The notes beneath the pieces were generated by a model. That model ran no database searches and had not been told where the DNA came from. It saw only the letters and a list, made by a program, of their open reading frames with translations. 64,000 bases of DNA from Lentisphaeria bacterium. Its GTDB lineage: Bacteria; Verrucomicrobiota; Lentisphaeria; JABSQK01; JAWLHB01. The DNA lies in assembly GCA_041690595.1 (NCBI GenBank), contig JAWLHB010000029.1, positions 1 through 64,000 on the forward strand. Reading direction: 5' to 3'. Positions 35,703-46,113 of this stretch are shown piece by piece; within the stretch, counting starts at the first letter, position 1; the number at the start of each line of letters is the position of its first letter. Both the position numbers and the translations under genes were made by a program.

Positions 35703-36647
35703 TCACGGCACGTTCGGCTCCGTCGATTCTCCAGATGCACGTTTCTCCAGTTGTTCGAGCTGGCTGTGCGCCGTCCGCACATGCCACTTGGCCGCACCCT
35801 TGATATTGGCGATCTTCTCCAGTTGCGCTCGCGCCAGATCATTCTCATCCCGCCGCACGTGAATCAAGCCCAGATAGAGTATGGATTCTGCCAGGCTGCG
35901 CCGATTGTCGGGCATCTCGGTTGCCGCAAGCAACGCCTTCCGCGCTTTATCATAATCGTTTTCACTGAACCAGGTGAGACCGATACGGTGCTGTGCCAGC
36001 GCCAACTGGTCGGGGGGCACCCCCTCCATGACCAGGACGCTCTCGTATGCTTCGCGGGCGTTGGCATACTTGCTCTGCGTATAGAAGCAATTGCCGAGTT
36101 GCATGATGCTCTGTACTCGCAACTGCAACGGCACGTCGTCGATGCCAAGCGCCTGGATGATTGCCTGTTGGGCCTTCTCATGCTGATCTTCGCGCGCATG
36201 GGATTCGGCCATCCGCAGCCACGCCGTGCAATGGTAAGGTGGCGCCATACCCGCATCGTCCACCACCTCCTGGCAGGCCTGTCGGGCACGCGCTTCGTCG
36301 TTCAGGCGCACCGCGGCGGACTCTATGCCCATTTGCGCCTGGTAAACATGATTCGCGGAAACAGTCTTCAACTTCAGCACCTGCTCGAAGGCCGTCAGCG
36401 CCTGCTGATGGTCATGACTGGCCCGATGGCAGTTGCCCATGTGCAGGTACGCCACCGCGCGTTCGGCATCATTCTCGCTCACCCTCAGTGCCTGCCGCAG
36501 GTCCAGCAGCGCTCCCGCCCACTCCCGCTTGCAGTACTTGTCCCGGGCGGCGGCAATGGCGCTCTCATACGATTCCGGATCGGCACCGGCGCTCATCGCG
36601 CCGACCATCAGACACGTGGCCAGAAGAGATAGGAAAGCTTTGGGCAT
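35703..36647 (-). CDS. Exported TPR-repeat protein
   Basis: Signal peptide MPKAFLSLLATCL...; repeated AYLHMGNC / QLGNCFY / RIGLTW / YLGLIH helices. Confidence 0.85.
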   Translation of the reverse strand: MPKAFLSLLATCLMVGAMSAGADPESYESAIAAARDKYCKREWAGALLDLRQALRVSENDAERAVAYLHMGNCHRASHDHQQALTAFEQVLKLKTVSANHVYQAQMGIESAAVRLNDEARARQACQEVVDDAGMAPPYHCTAWLRMAESHAREDQHEKAQQAIIQALGIDDVPLQLRVQSIMQLGNCFYTQSKYANAREAYESVLVMEGVPPDQLALAQHRIGLTWFSENDYDKARKALLAATEMPDNRRSLAESILYLGLIHVRRDENDLARAQLEKIANIKGAAKWHVRTAHSQLEQLEKRASGESTEPNVP

Positions 36648-36809
36648 GGCTGTATTACGCTGGTATAGCCTTTCGGTGACGACGTTCCCGAGCAGTGCCA
36701 CGGCGATGCAACACTGTTCGATTCTCAGCGTTAGACGCCGCCGCCAGCCGCGGGTTGCATCACTCGACAACAATGACGCCCACCCTTCCTGAACCGCTTC
36801 GCGCGACGG

Positions 36810-38159
36810 CTATTCATACTCCCATTTGTGTAGCCATGGATCCTTGGTTTCAGCCTGGAATCGCTTCAACCTGGCGCAGAATTCAGCCACCAACCGGCGG
36901 TTGGCGGGATCGTCGGCAAGGTTCTCTATCTCGGCGGGATCATTCTCCAGATCGTAGAGCTCGAAGCGAGGGCGATGTAGGTAAGCTTCGATCGTACGCG
37001 CGCCGAAGAGCTCGCGCCCGTCGCGCAATGCGCCCTGCCAGGTGGAGGAATCCCACAGGTCGCTGGCGAAGCTGTATGTCAGCGGATGGGCGATGTTCCA
37101 GATGAACTTGTGCCGTTGCGTACGCACCACGCGCATGGGGTAATAGTTGGTGATCTCGTGGAACGTGTGCGACGCGTAGATCTCCTCCCGCCACTCGGTC
37201 GGATGCGGGGTCGCGAGGATCTGCTTGAACGATGCACCATGAAAGCTTCCCGGCATGGTCGGCACGCCGGCGAAATCCAGAATGGTCGGCGTCAGATCAA
37301 GCCAGCTGACAAGGCCGTCGCAGGTGCCGCCCCGGTTGCCGTGAAAGGGGCTGCTGACAATGCAGGGAAGCTTCATGCCCGGTTCGTACAAGGTGGTCTT
37401 GGAGGCGGGGAAAGCGGCCCCATTGTCGGAGATATAGATGATGATCGTATTCTCCAGTTTGCCCGCGGCCTCGAGAATGTCCAGCAGCCGGCCCACCCCA
37501 CGATCCAGGCGGGCGATGGACTGATAGTACTGGGCAAGCTCCGCCCGCACTTCCGCGGAATCCGGAAGAAAGGGTGGCACGATGACGTCATCATCGTCAA
37601 AATATTCTTCTGCATCTTCGGGATACGCGCTCTCCGGATTGCCAAAGCGGTTGGGCTTGGTCGGATGCGATGCGAGAACTCCGCCGCCGCGATGCGGATT
37701 GTGCGAGCACCAATAGAGGAAGAAGGGCTCCTCCCCATCGATCACGCCACGGCAATGTTCGGACATGCGCACGTCGTCGCGATCGTACTCGTCCCCCAGA
37801 TCGGTCGCGAAGGGGTAAACGGAAAGCGGCGCAAAGTGCTTCTTGCCGATGCAGGCCGTATGATAGCCGGCTTCATTCAGCAGCCGAGGCAGGCTGATGG
37901 TATCCTCAAAGGCACGAAAATGATGCGCACCGTGCGTATGGCCGTAGGTGCCATTGGCATGATTGTGCTTGCCGGTGAGAATAGTGGAACGACTCGCCGC
38001 GCAGGAAGCCGTCGTGCAGAAGGAGGTGGTGAAGCGCACCCCGCGCTCGGCAAGACGATCCAGATGCGGCGTCTTGACGGCTGGATTGCCGTAGCAGCCG
38101 AGCGCTTCCCGCCCGTGATCATCCGCCACCATGAGTACAACATTGGGCCTGGTGGACAT
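36810..38159 (-). CDS. Cys-type sulfatase, sulfamidase (N-sulfoglucosamine sulfohydrolase)-like
   Basis: ADDHG, CAASR, SDNG-x-x-FP-x-x-K-x-TLYE and HTFHE...YPMR. Confidence 0.9.
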   Translation of the reverse strand: MSTRPNVVLMVADDHGREALGCYGNPAVKTPHLDRLAERGVRFTTSFCTTASCAASRSTILTGKHNHANGTYGHTHGAHHFRAFEDTISLPRLLNEAGYHTACIGKKHFAPLSVYPFATDLGDEYDRDDVRMSEHCRGVIDGEEPFFLYWCSHNPHRGGGVLASHPTKPNRFGNPESAYPEDAEEYFDDDDVIVPPFLPDSAEVRAELAQYYQSIARLDRGVGRLLDILEAAGKLENTIIIYISDNGAAFPASKTTLYEPGMKLPCIVSSPFHGNRGGTCDGLVSWLDLTPTILDFAGVPTMPGSFHGASFKQILATPHPTEWREEIYASHTFHEITNYYPMRVVRTQRHKFIWNIAHPLTYSFASDLWDSSTWQGALRDGRELFGARTIEAYLHRPRFELYDLENDPAEIENLADDPANRRLVAEFCARLKRFQAETKDPWLHKWEYE

Positions 38160-38300
38160 TCTATCTCCCCTGTGATGATGATGAATCGTGCTGAGCTACC
38201 ATAACCGCGCCGAACCTTCAGTCAAACCTTGCGCATGACGTGCGCAGTCGATATGTTTACCCGCCTCTGCAATTCTCTATACATATGGAGCTGACAACTC

Positions 38301-41300
38301 ATGCTTTCATGGCGACGCATTGCGACCATCTCGGTCGCCTTCTGCATTCACGCCCTGGCGACGGATACCGCCTTCTGGAAACCTTATGTCGCCGATGACC
38401 AGGCGGTGCTGCTGCTTCAAGGCGATCCTGCTTCCCCCCTGCCTGGTCGCTTCGGCAAAGGATACGTCTTCACTGGCGGCGACGGCTTGACCGTACCGCT
38501 GGAGGAGTTGTACCAGTCGGGACAGCTTTCAATCGAGGCATGGGTGAAGCTCACGGCCTACTCTCCGCGGGAGGGCATCATTCTCCAGCGCCAGCCCTTG
38601 GAGTTGCAGAGCCGGGGCTTCTCGCTGAGCATCACGCCTGATGGCGCTCTTCGCCTCACCGTCACCAGCATGCTCGGCGACACCAGCGTCATCGAAAGCG
38701 AAGCGGGAAGAGTCCCGCTCGGACAGTGGGTGCACCTCGCCGGGGTCAGCGTCACCTCCCACTACAGCGTCCTCTACGTCAACGGCTTAGAGATCGCCCG
38801 CGAGTCATTGGCGACTAATCGGGGTTTGCGCGGCGCCCGACGTGACGAGCTTGTGCCGGCACCACTGCTGATCGGCAAGGGGTTGCGCGGGCTCCTGGAC
38901 GACGTGCGCGTGCACCGCAATGTCAGCAAGCTCTGGCCGCTGCCGGAACGCGGCTGGCTGGAGCGAATCGAACGGGAAGGGCTGGCGCCTCTCGCATCGG
39001 TTCTGCCGCCCCCCAACCATCCGCGCCTCTACTTCTCCTTCAACGGCCCCGACGGAGCGGTCGACAGTGCTGAAGCCCCGGATGATGTCAAGGTGCAGGT
39101 GACTGGCAAGCGCGTCAGCGGCGTCGAGGGTCAGGCACTGCGTGGCACGCTCAGCCTCTCCTTCACGGAGTCGATCAGCCTGGATTCCGGCGGCTCGCTT
39201 ACCTTCTGGTTCCGCCCCGTCGCCATCAACAACTACTCCGACCGCAACGTCAACCTGCTGACCAGCCCTGCCTTCTCCGCCTATATCTTCAATGGGGGTG
39301 GCCCTCCCCGCCCTCTGAGCATGTACTGGTACGATGAAGAGCGTAACGTGCACATGTACAGTGATCAACTCCACACGGAACTGCATCCGGGTGCCTGGGT
39401 GCATGCCACCTTTACCTGGGATGTTCACGGCGTCACGATGTACCTCGATGGCAGAGAAGCCGCGGCGACTGGAGAGTCACTCTCTCGACCGGAGAATGGG
39501 GGCCTCCTGCCCGGGCTCGCCTTCAACTCCCGCGAATTCTTCGGCGATCTTGACGAAGTCATGCTCTTCGACCGTCGGCTGACCAGCGCCGAGGCGGCCA
39601 ATCTCTACCAGCGCTATGCCGATCCGGACGCAGTGCGTACTGACCTCAAACCGGTGGCCCTCAAGCTGGATGGCTGGTATATGCAAAGCGAGAATCGCCT
39701 GCGCGTTCGCGTGCATGGGCCGGCAAATGCCCGAGGGACTCTGACCTTGACCCTGCTCAATGATCAGGATCAACTGGTCCTCCAGAACCAGCAGCCTTAC
39801 TCCTCCGATCTGCAACCGCTGCAAATACCGAACCTGCCGGACGGCTCCTATGCCTTGACGGCGTCCCTGCAAACCGACGACAGGAGCATGTCGAGCGACA
39901 CCTTCCGCTTTGAACGGCGCCACTTCCCGTGGGAAGGCAACACGCTGGGTATGAGCAGGCGCGTCTATCCGCCCTTCACGCCGATTCGCGTCGACGGACG
40001 CGAGGTCTCCGTCGTGCAGCGCACATGTACCATCAATGGTTTCGGACTGTGGGACAGCGTCATCAGCGATGGCGAGGAGCTGCTGGCGTCTCCCATGCGC
40101 CTCGTCTGCCGCACCAGCGATGGCCGGCAGGACGATTGGGTGTTCGGCGACGGCCGGCTGATCGCCGCGGCGGAAGACGTCGTGGCGTGGAGCATGTCCG
40201 CCGAGCATCCAGCCGTGCGCGTGGAGAGCCTTTCAGAGGTCGAGATGGACGGCATGATGCGGGTCACCATGACCCTGCGGCCAGGACAACAGGTGCAGGA
40301 GATCGAAAGCATGTGGCTGGAAATCCCCCTGCGGGAATCGATGGTCACGCTCATGCATGAGGACACCGCCTCGCACCGCGGCAACTATTCGGGTCTCCTG
40401 CCGACAGGAGAAGGAATTGTCTGGGCCTCCGCCAACAGCCATCGCCCTTCGTCCTGGCTCAATGCTTTCACCGGCTATGTGTGGCTGGGGCGCGAGCAGC
40501 GGGGATTGGCCTGGTTCGCCGAAAACGATCGCGGCTGGATCACCCATAAGGACGGCGGCGAACGTTCGCTGCAGACCATCAGCCGCGAGGACGGTAAGGT
40601 CATCCTGCGCATTCACTTGGTGAATCGCCCGGCAATCATCGACGAGCCGCGCGAACTTGTCTTTGGCCTGCAGGCGTCGCCCACAAAGCCGATGCCGGAG
40701 AATTGGCGGATGAAAGCGCACGAACTGCCGGACTGCGGCATCTCCGTGCATCCGTGGGGTGGGCTCTCCTGCGCCTACAAGTTTCCGCATGAGGATCGCT
40801 GGGAGGTCGTCGACAAGGTGATCGAGAACCAGAAGAGCGGCACCGTCGATGGCGAGTGGTTCAGGCAGTATCAGGAAGCACATGACATTCCACCCGTTCA
40901 CGGCATCCGGTCATGGGTGACCGATGTTGCTCGCTTCGCGACACAGCGGCAACGTCCGGTTCTGGTCTACTTCGAAGAAATGAAGGCGCTGACCACCCGT
41001 CCGGAGTGGCGCGTCTTTCAGGACGAATGGAGTCTCGTTCGCCTGAGCAACCGCACCTGGCCGGATGACTCCATCTTCCGCCTGGGAACCGAAGTCAACC
41101 CCGGCATCATGGTCAACTTCATCGACAGTTATCGCGACTATGGCGCCTGGTATGGCAACGAATGGCTCAAGCGCGGCATCAGCCCATACTGGGACAACAC
41201 CTACCTCAAGCTCAGCGTCAATCCTTGGACCTCGTCGGCGTATGAAACCGCCGACGGGCGTATTCAGCCGGCGACGACGCTGTGGAATCAGCGGGCCTAC

Positions 41301-43028
41301 ATGAAGCGCTTCTGGAACCTCATGCACGAATGGCGACTGAAACAGCCCGATCCCCTCGAATTCGTCGCCCACATGACCAACACCAATCTCCTTCCGCTCT
41401 TCTCCTGGTGCACCGTCAGCTACAATCTCGAGATGAGTAAATCTCAGTATGCCAAGCGTTTCGCCCATCTCTATGATCCGGCTGCCCCCTACGATCCCGG
41501 TTTCATCCGCGCCGAACTTCTCGGCCAGAAGGTGGGCAACCACCCGTATCTGGTCTTCGGCCTCTTCCAATATCAACTGCCGGATGGAATCGTGCGCGGC
41601 TTGCCGGAGGAGATCTTCAATGGAGAGCGCGAATGGGCCATGCGCATGGTGCATGAGATCAACCGCGGCGGGCCCGCCAGCCATCGGGTCGTCACCTCCA
41701 TGCTCGAAAAGGCTGTATTCGGTTTCGGTTATGGCAGCGACGAGGTCGACGTGCACACCTATTGGCAGGAACCCGCCGCCCTGACCGCCTCGCACCCCGA
41801 CCTCAAGTGGATCCTGTTGACCCGACCAAAGGAAAAGGAGGCGCTTCTGGTCCTCCAAAGCTGGTCGACCGATAACATCGATACGACCCTGAGCTTCGAT
41901 CCCGCGGTTATCGGCTTTCTGCCGGGCCCCAATGTTATCGACGAGCGCAGCGGCACACAGCGTCCCACCGGCCCGCAATTGGCGCTGCGGGTCGATGGTC
42001 CTTACGCCATGCAGGTGCTCCGCCTTTCTCCGCGCGCCATGTACACCGGCAACGTCGTGTTGACGGATGATTTCACCCACGGCCCCTCACGCGCCTGGGA
42101 CTACGTCTCCGTTCCTGCCGTCGCGCCGGAGGGGGCTTTGCGCTTTACGCGCAACACGACTTCCTGGATGGGCGCCCAGCGCCTCGCCCGCTGGTCCGGC
42201 GTCGAGCATTGGCAGGATGTGGAGCTTTCCCTGCGTTTCCGTCTTGCGGCGATGCCCGCGGCGACCCTTCAGCCTTTTTCACTCTGCCTGCGCGGCGAGA
42301 TCCCACCGTGGAGCCGGCATGGCCTCTCCCATACCATCATCCGCGATGGCTGGTGGCTCAACCTCAGCGTCGATGGCGAGACTTCATCCTGGCGGTTCAA
42401 CTCCGCCATCCGCGACGACAAGGAGTGGCGTCAACGTCAAAGCAGCGCCGCCGCACCCGCCGACACGCAATGGCACCATCTGCGCCTCCGCCTGCAAGGG
42501 GACGCGGCAACCGTCTGGCTCGACGACAAGCAGATCCTCGAAGGCACCGAACTGCCGCTCAGCGGGCGGGCACTTGCTCTCCATGCCGCCGATAATCTGG
42601 ATGCCATTGAGTTCCTGGAGATCGACGACATCGTTATGCGCCAGCTCAACCCCACGCCGCCTTCCGTTCCCGCCGTCAAGACAGCGGCGTCGGCCCCAGC
42701 CGTCAGAGCCGCTTCCACTGAATCGCCGGCGCTGCGGGAACTCAAGGCAGCTGGGCTGTTCGATGCCGACAAGTATCGCAACATCGAGACGCTCGGCTAT
42801 TTCAGCCGGCCGGACCACAACGCCCGCAGCCTCATCGCCATGCATGCTGCCGAGAAACACCCACTCTGGAAGCGGCTCATCCGCGAGACTCTGTACGACC
42901 TTCCCCGGCAGCGCGAAGCCTATCAACGCGAGATGAGCGACATCGGCCAGAACCCCGAGCGCCTCCTTCTTTACGATCAGGCCGCCCGCCTCATCGAAGA
43001 GTGGATACAGGCCAACCCAGCGCCATGA
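38301..43028 (+). CDS. Large exported LamG-repeat protein with a putative glycoside hydrolase (DUF6067-like) core
   Basis: Signal peptide; LamG motifs (SIEAWVK...WVHLA...LYVNG; GSLTFWF...WVHATFTW...YLDG...LDE); central EMDGMM, FGLQASPTKP and YWDN. Confidence 0.8.
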   Translation: MLSWRRIATISVAFCIHALATDTAFWKPYVADDQAVLLLQGDPASPLPGRFGKGYVFTGGDGLTVPLEELYQSGQLSIEAWVKLTAYSPREGIILQRQPLELQSRGFSLSITPDGALRLTVTSMLGDTSVIESEAGRVPLGQWVHLAGVSVTSHYSVLYVNGLEIARESLATNRGLRGARRDELVPAPLLIGKGLRGLLDDVRVHRNVSKLWPLPERGWLERIEREGLAPLASVLPPPNHPRLYFSFNGPDGAVDSAEAPDDVKVQVTGKRVSGVEGQALRGTLSLSFTESISLDSGGSLTFWFRPVAINNYSDRNVNLLTSPAFSAYIFNGGGPPRPLSMYWYDEERNVHMYSDQLHTELHPGAWVHATFTWDVHGVTMYLDGREAAATGESLSRPENGGLLPGLAFNSREFFGDLDEVMLFDRRLTSAEAANLYQRYADPDAVRTDLKPVALKLDGWYMQSENRLRVRVHGPANARGTLTLTLLNDQDQLVLQNQQPYSSDLQPLQIPNLPDGSYALTASLQTDDRSMSSDTFRFERRHFPWEGNTLGMSRRVYPPFTPIRVDGREVSVVQRTCTINGFGLWDSVISDGEELLASPMRLVCRTSDGRQDDWVFGDGRLIAAAEDVVAWSMSAEHPAVRVESLSEVEMDGMMRVTMTLRPGQQVQEIESMWLEIPLRESMVTLMHEDTASHRGNYSGLLPTGEGIVWASANSHRPSSWLNAFTGYVWLGREQRGLAWFAENDRGWITHKDGGERSLQTISREDGKVILRIHLVNRPAIIDEPRELVFGLQASPTKPMPENWRMKAHELPDCGISVHPWGGLSCAYKFPHEDRWEVVDKVIENQKSGTVDGEWFRQYQEAHDIPPVHGIRSWVTDVARFATQRQRPVLVYFEEMKALTTRPEWRVFQDEWSLVRLSNRTWPDDSIFRLGTEVNPGIMVNFIDSYRDYGAWYGNEWLKRGISPYWDNTYLKLSVNPWTSSAYETADGRIQPATTLWNQRAYMKRFWNLMHEWRLKQPDPLEFVAHMTNTNLLPLFSWCTVSYNLEMSKSQYAKRFAHLYDPAAPYDPGFIRAELLGQKVGNHPYLVFGLFQYQLPDGIVRGLPEEIFNGEREWAMRMVHEINRGGPASHRVVTSMLEKAVFGFGYGSDEVDVHTYWQEPAALTASHPDLKWILLTRPKEKEALLVLQSWSTDNIDTTLSFDPAVIGFLPGPNVIDERSGTQRPTGPQLALRVDGPYAMQVLRLSPRAMYTGNVVLTDDFTHGPSRAWDYVSVPAVAPEGALRFTRNTTSWMGAQRLARWSGVEHWQDVELSLRFRLAAMPAATLQPFSLCLRGEIPPWSRHGLSHTIIRDGWWLNLSVDGETSSWRFNSAIRDDKEWRQRQSSAAAPADTQWHHLRLRLQGDAATVWLDDKQILEGTELPLSGRALALHAADNLDAIEFLEIDDIVMRQLNPTPPSVPAVKTAASAPAVRAASTESPALRELKAAGLFDADKYRNIETLGYFSRPDHNARSLIAMHAAEKHPLWKRLIRETLYDLPRQREAYQREMSDIGQNPERLLLYDQAARLIEEWIQANPAP

Positions 43029-43132
43029 ATGCGCACCCGGCTGGATTTAGCCCCAGCGGTGGTTGATATGATTGAGAAAACGGATACTGTTAACCTCTTT
43101 GATTCTGCCCCGAATCTACCAGCGGATTTTCC

Positions 43133-43933
43133 ATGAAACCCACACCTGCCATCGACCCCATCTGGGAGCGCATTCGCCTCGAGGCGGCTGAGGAAGCCGA
43201 CGCGGAGCCGCTGCTTGCCAGTCATCTCCATGCGACCATCCTCAACCACAAGTCTCTCGAAAACGCCCTCAGCTTTCACTTGGCCAACAAGCTCTCCAGC
43301 CCGACGCTGCAGGCTATCTGCCTGATGGAACTCTTCAGCGAGGCGATGGAATCGGACAGCTGGATTGTGGAGGCGATTCGCGCCGACCTGCAAGCCGTGA
43401 TCGATCGCGATCCAGCCTGCGACCGCATGTCGGTGCCGCTCCTCTTCTTCAAGGGATATCACGCGATCCAATCGTACCGCATCGCGCACTGGCTCTGGGA
43501 GCGCGGGCGTCGCGTCCTGGCGCTGACCTTGCAGAGCCGCATATCGGAGGTGCTGTCAGTGGATTTCCATCCGGCGGCGCGCATCGGCAAGGGGCTGCTT
43601 CTCGATCACGCCACGGGGGTGGTGGTGGGCGAGACCGCCGTGATCGGCAACAATGTTTCCATGCTGCATGCCGTTACTCTGGGCGGCACGGGAAAAGAAC
43701 GCGGCGACCGGCATCCGAAAATTGGCGACGGTGTGCTGATCGGTGCGGGGGCCAAGCTGCTCGGCAATATCAAGATCGGCGAATGCGCCAAGATCGGTGC
43801 CGGCAGCGTCGTCCTCAATGATGTACCGCCTCACAGCACCGCCGTTGGCGTTCCCGCCCGCGTCGTCGGCCTGGCCCGCTCCAATCAGCCCGCGATGGAA
43901 ATGGATCACCGCGTCTGCGACGACAGCGACTAA
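43133..43933 (+). CDS. cysE: Serine O-acetyltransferase
   Basis: RDPA, KGYHA, DFHPAA, DHATG, VTLGGTGK and DRHPKIG. Confidence 0.96.
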   Translation: MKPTPAIDPIWERIRLEAAEEADAEPLLASHLHATILNHKSLENALSFHLANKLSSPTLQAICLMELFSEAMESDSWIVEAIRADLQAVIDRDPACDRMSVPLLFFKGYHAIQSYRIAHWLWERGRRVLALTLQSRISEVLSVDFHPAARIGKGLLLDHATGVVVGETAVIGNNVSMLHAVTLGGTGKERGDRHPKIGDGVLIGAGAKLLGNIKIGECAKIGAGSVVLNDVPPHSTAVGVPARVVGLARSNQPAMEMDHRVCDDSD

Positions 43934-43953
43934 TGCGACCGGAGTGCGAGATC

Positions 43954-44631
43954 ATGTCCGATACCAGCGCCAGCCTTCCCGTCCACAGGCATGTGAAGGG
44001 CGGCCTCTTCATCACCTTCGAAGGCGTTGACTGCTCCGGCAAGTCCACTCAGGTCAAACTCCTCAGTCAGACTCTGAGACGCGATGGATATGACGTCCTG
44101 GAGACTCGCGAACCCGGCGGCACCGAGCTGGGCGAGCGCCTTCGCGACGTCCTCAAGCACGGCATCGAGAACGAAGCCGTCTGCGATCAGGCGGAACTCT
44201 TCCTCTTCTGCGCCAGCCGAGTACAGCTCGTGCGAAATATCATCCAACCGCATCTGGAGAAGGATGGCGTGGTCATCTGCGATCGCTTTGCCGATTCGAC
44301 CACCGCCTATCAGGGCTATGGCCGCGGCTTCGACCTGCACATGATCGAGGAACTCCATCAGATCGCAACCTGCGGGCGCTGGCCAGACCTCACCTTCATG
44401 CTTGACCTCACCGTCGAACAGATGGAGCAACGCGGGCAGATGCGCCTCGATTCCCTGGTCGTTCAGGATCGCTTCGAGGATGAATCGCGGGACTATCGGG
44501 AAGCCGTGCGCCAAGGCTATCTGGAACTGGCCAGGCGGTATCCGCGGCGCATGCGCCTTATCGATGCCAACGAAAGTCGCGAGACCATTCAACGAATGAT
44601 CCGGGAGATTGTCGACCATGCCCTTGCGTGA
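43954..44631 (+). CDS. tmk: Thymidylate kinase
   Basis: FITFEGVDCSGKSTQ, TREPGGT and CDRFADSTTAYQG. Confidence 0.96.
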   Translation: MSDTSASLPVHRHVKGGLFITFEGVDCSGKSTQVKLLSQTLRRDGYDVLETREPGGTELGERLRDVLKHGIENEAVCDQAELFLFCASRVQLVRNIIQPHLEKDGVVICDRFADSTTAYQGYGRGFDLHMIEELHQIATCGRWPDLTFMLDLTVEQMEQRGQMRLDSLVVQDRFEDESRDYREAVRQGYLELARRYPRRMRLIDANESRETIQRMIREIVDHALA

Positions 44632-45646
44632 TCTCCCGCAACGCTACACGCCCCTGATCACCCGCCTGCTGCAGGCGCGGCGCGGAGGGCGAATCGCCCA
44701 CGCTTATCTTCTGACCGGTGACAATCTCGACCTGCTGCAGGCGCTCGCCACCGGATGGCTTCAGGCTGTCATGTGCAGGCAGTTGACCGGCGACGGCGAT
44801 GCCTGCGGCGCCTGCCGTACGTGCCGACAGCTTGGCGAGGGCCACTATCCATACCTTGAGCTGCGACGCCCCGAATCCAAGAGCCGCGTCATCAAGATCG
44901 AACACATACGCGACATGGAGCGCCGTCTCTACCTGAAGACGGAGGGGCAGATGAAGGTCGGCATGATCCTCAGCGCCGACCGCATGACCGAGGAAGCCCA
45001 GAATGCTTTCCTCAAGACGCTGGAAGAGCCGCCCGCCAATACCATGCTTCTCCTCCTGTCGATCAACCCAAACGCCCTGCTCCCGACGATCCGCTCACGC
45101 TGCCAGAGCATTGCCATCATGGACAATCGCATGACCTACGATCTCGAGGACCAGGCGCTCTTCTTCGTCACGGTTGCCAAGCTTCAGCGCAGCGCCGGCG
45201 TCAATGTCGGCATCGAAGTGGCCGAGTTTCTCCTTGCCGCCTTCAAGCAACTGCAGGCCGAAGCAGCCACCGCCACCAAGGAACAGGTCGAGGCACTCAA
45301 GTCCCAGTATCAGGAAGCAGATCCCGCCGAAAAGAAGCGACTCGATGCCGAGGCCGAAGGCATTATCGCCAGCGAATACCTGGAGCGGCGGGAGACGCTG
45401 CTCAGCGCCATCAACAGCTGGTTTTCCATCCAGTACATGCGCGCCAACGGCGTCCAGGACAGCAGCCTGCCCAATCAGGAGATTCTCAGTGCCTTTGTCG
45501 GCATTTCGCCGCCGCCCCCCCCTCCCCTTGCGGATGCCCTGAGGGCTCTGCGACTGACTGAGGAACTCTCCAGGCAGCTACGTTTCAACGTCGATGAAGC
45601 ACTGGCTATTCAGGACTACTGCCAACAGGTCTGCGCCAAGGTGTGA
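44618..45646 (+). CDS. holB: DNA polymerase III delta-prime subunit
   Basis: HAYLL, CGACRTC zinc module, AQNAFLKTLEEPP and LLPTIRSRCQ; follows tmk. Confidence 0.92.
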   Translation: MPLRDLPQRYTPLITRLLQARRGGRIAHAYLLTGDNLDLLQALATGWLQAVMCRQLTGDGDACGACRTCRQLGEGHYPYLELRRPESKSRVIKIEHIRDMERRLYLKTEGQMKVGMILSADRMTEEAQNAFLKTLEEPPANTMLLLLSINPNALLPTIRSRCQSIAIMDNRMTYDLEDQALFFVTVAKLQRSAGVNVGIEVAEFLLAAFKQLQAEAATATKEQVEALKSQYQEADPAEKKRLDAEAEGIIASEYLERRETLLSAINSWFSIQYMRANGVQDSSLPNQEILSAFVGISPPPPPPLADALRALRLTEELSRQLRFNVDEALAIQDYCQQVCAKV

Positions 45647-46113
45647 CGGCTGTGACAGTCATTCCCAATGACTGGGACAAAATGCCACCTCTCCTGCCCA
45701 ACGGACCTCTTCTCAACAAAACTGCTGACAAGTTATTAACAGGCAGTGGCCGACGGTAACCAAACCGGCCACGATACGTAAGCCGTTGAGTATGCTGCAC
45801 TTACGACACTTTGATTTTTTTATTGGAGATTTTCCCAGAAATCTGCTTGCAAAGCCCTTGAGTTCTGAACAGGCAGATCCCAGCCGTACAGGACAGGCGC
45901 GGACGGCTGCTTCACAGGGCCTTCCAGTACCAGCTTGGCCGTGGTTACAACAGACCGAAGAAGGGAACTTTGGGCGAAGGTTGGGAGCGGCACTCGCGGC
46001 GCTTTTCCGTTCATCGCCGATCACCATGATGAAGCATGCAAGTGCCCCAGCGGCATTTTGCCGCCGTCGCGTGAAATGATCCAGTCCGAATGCCAAACGA
46101 AGGGTGAACTCCC

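Noticed and set aside
45700..45830. Replication origin
   Set aside because: Only two degenerate DnaA-like boxes and no dnaA/dnaN nearby; kept only as a low-interest note.
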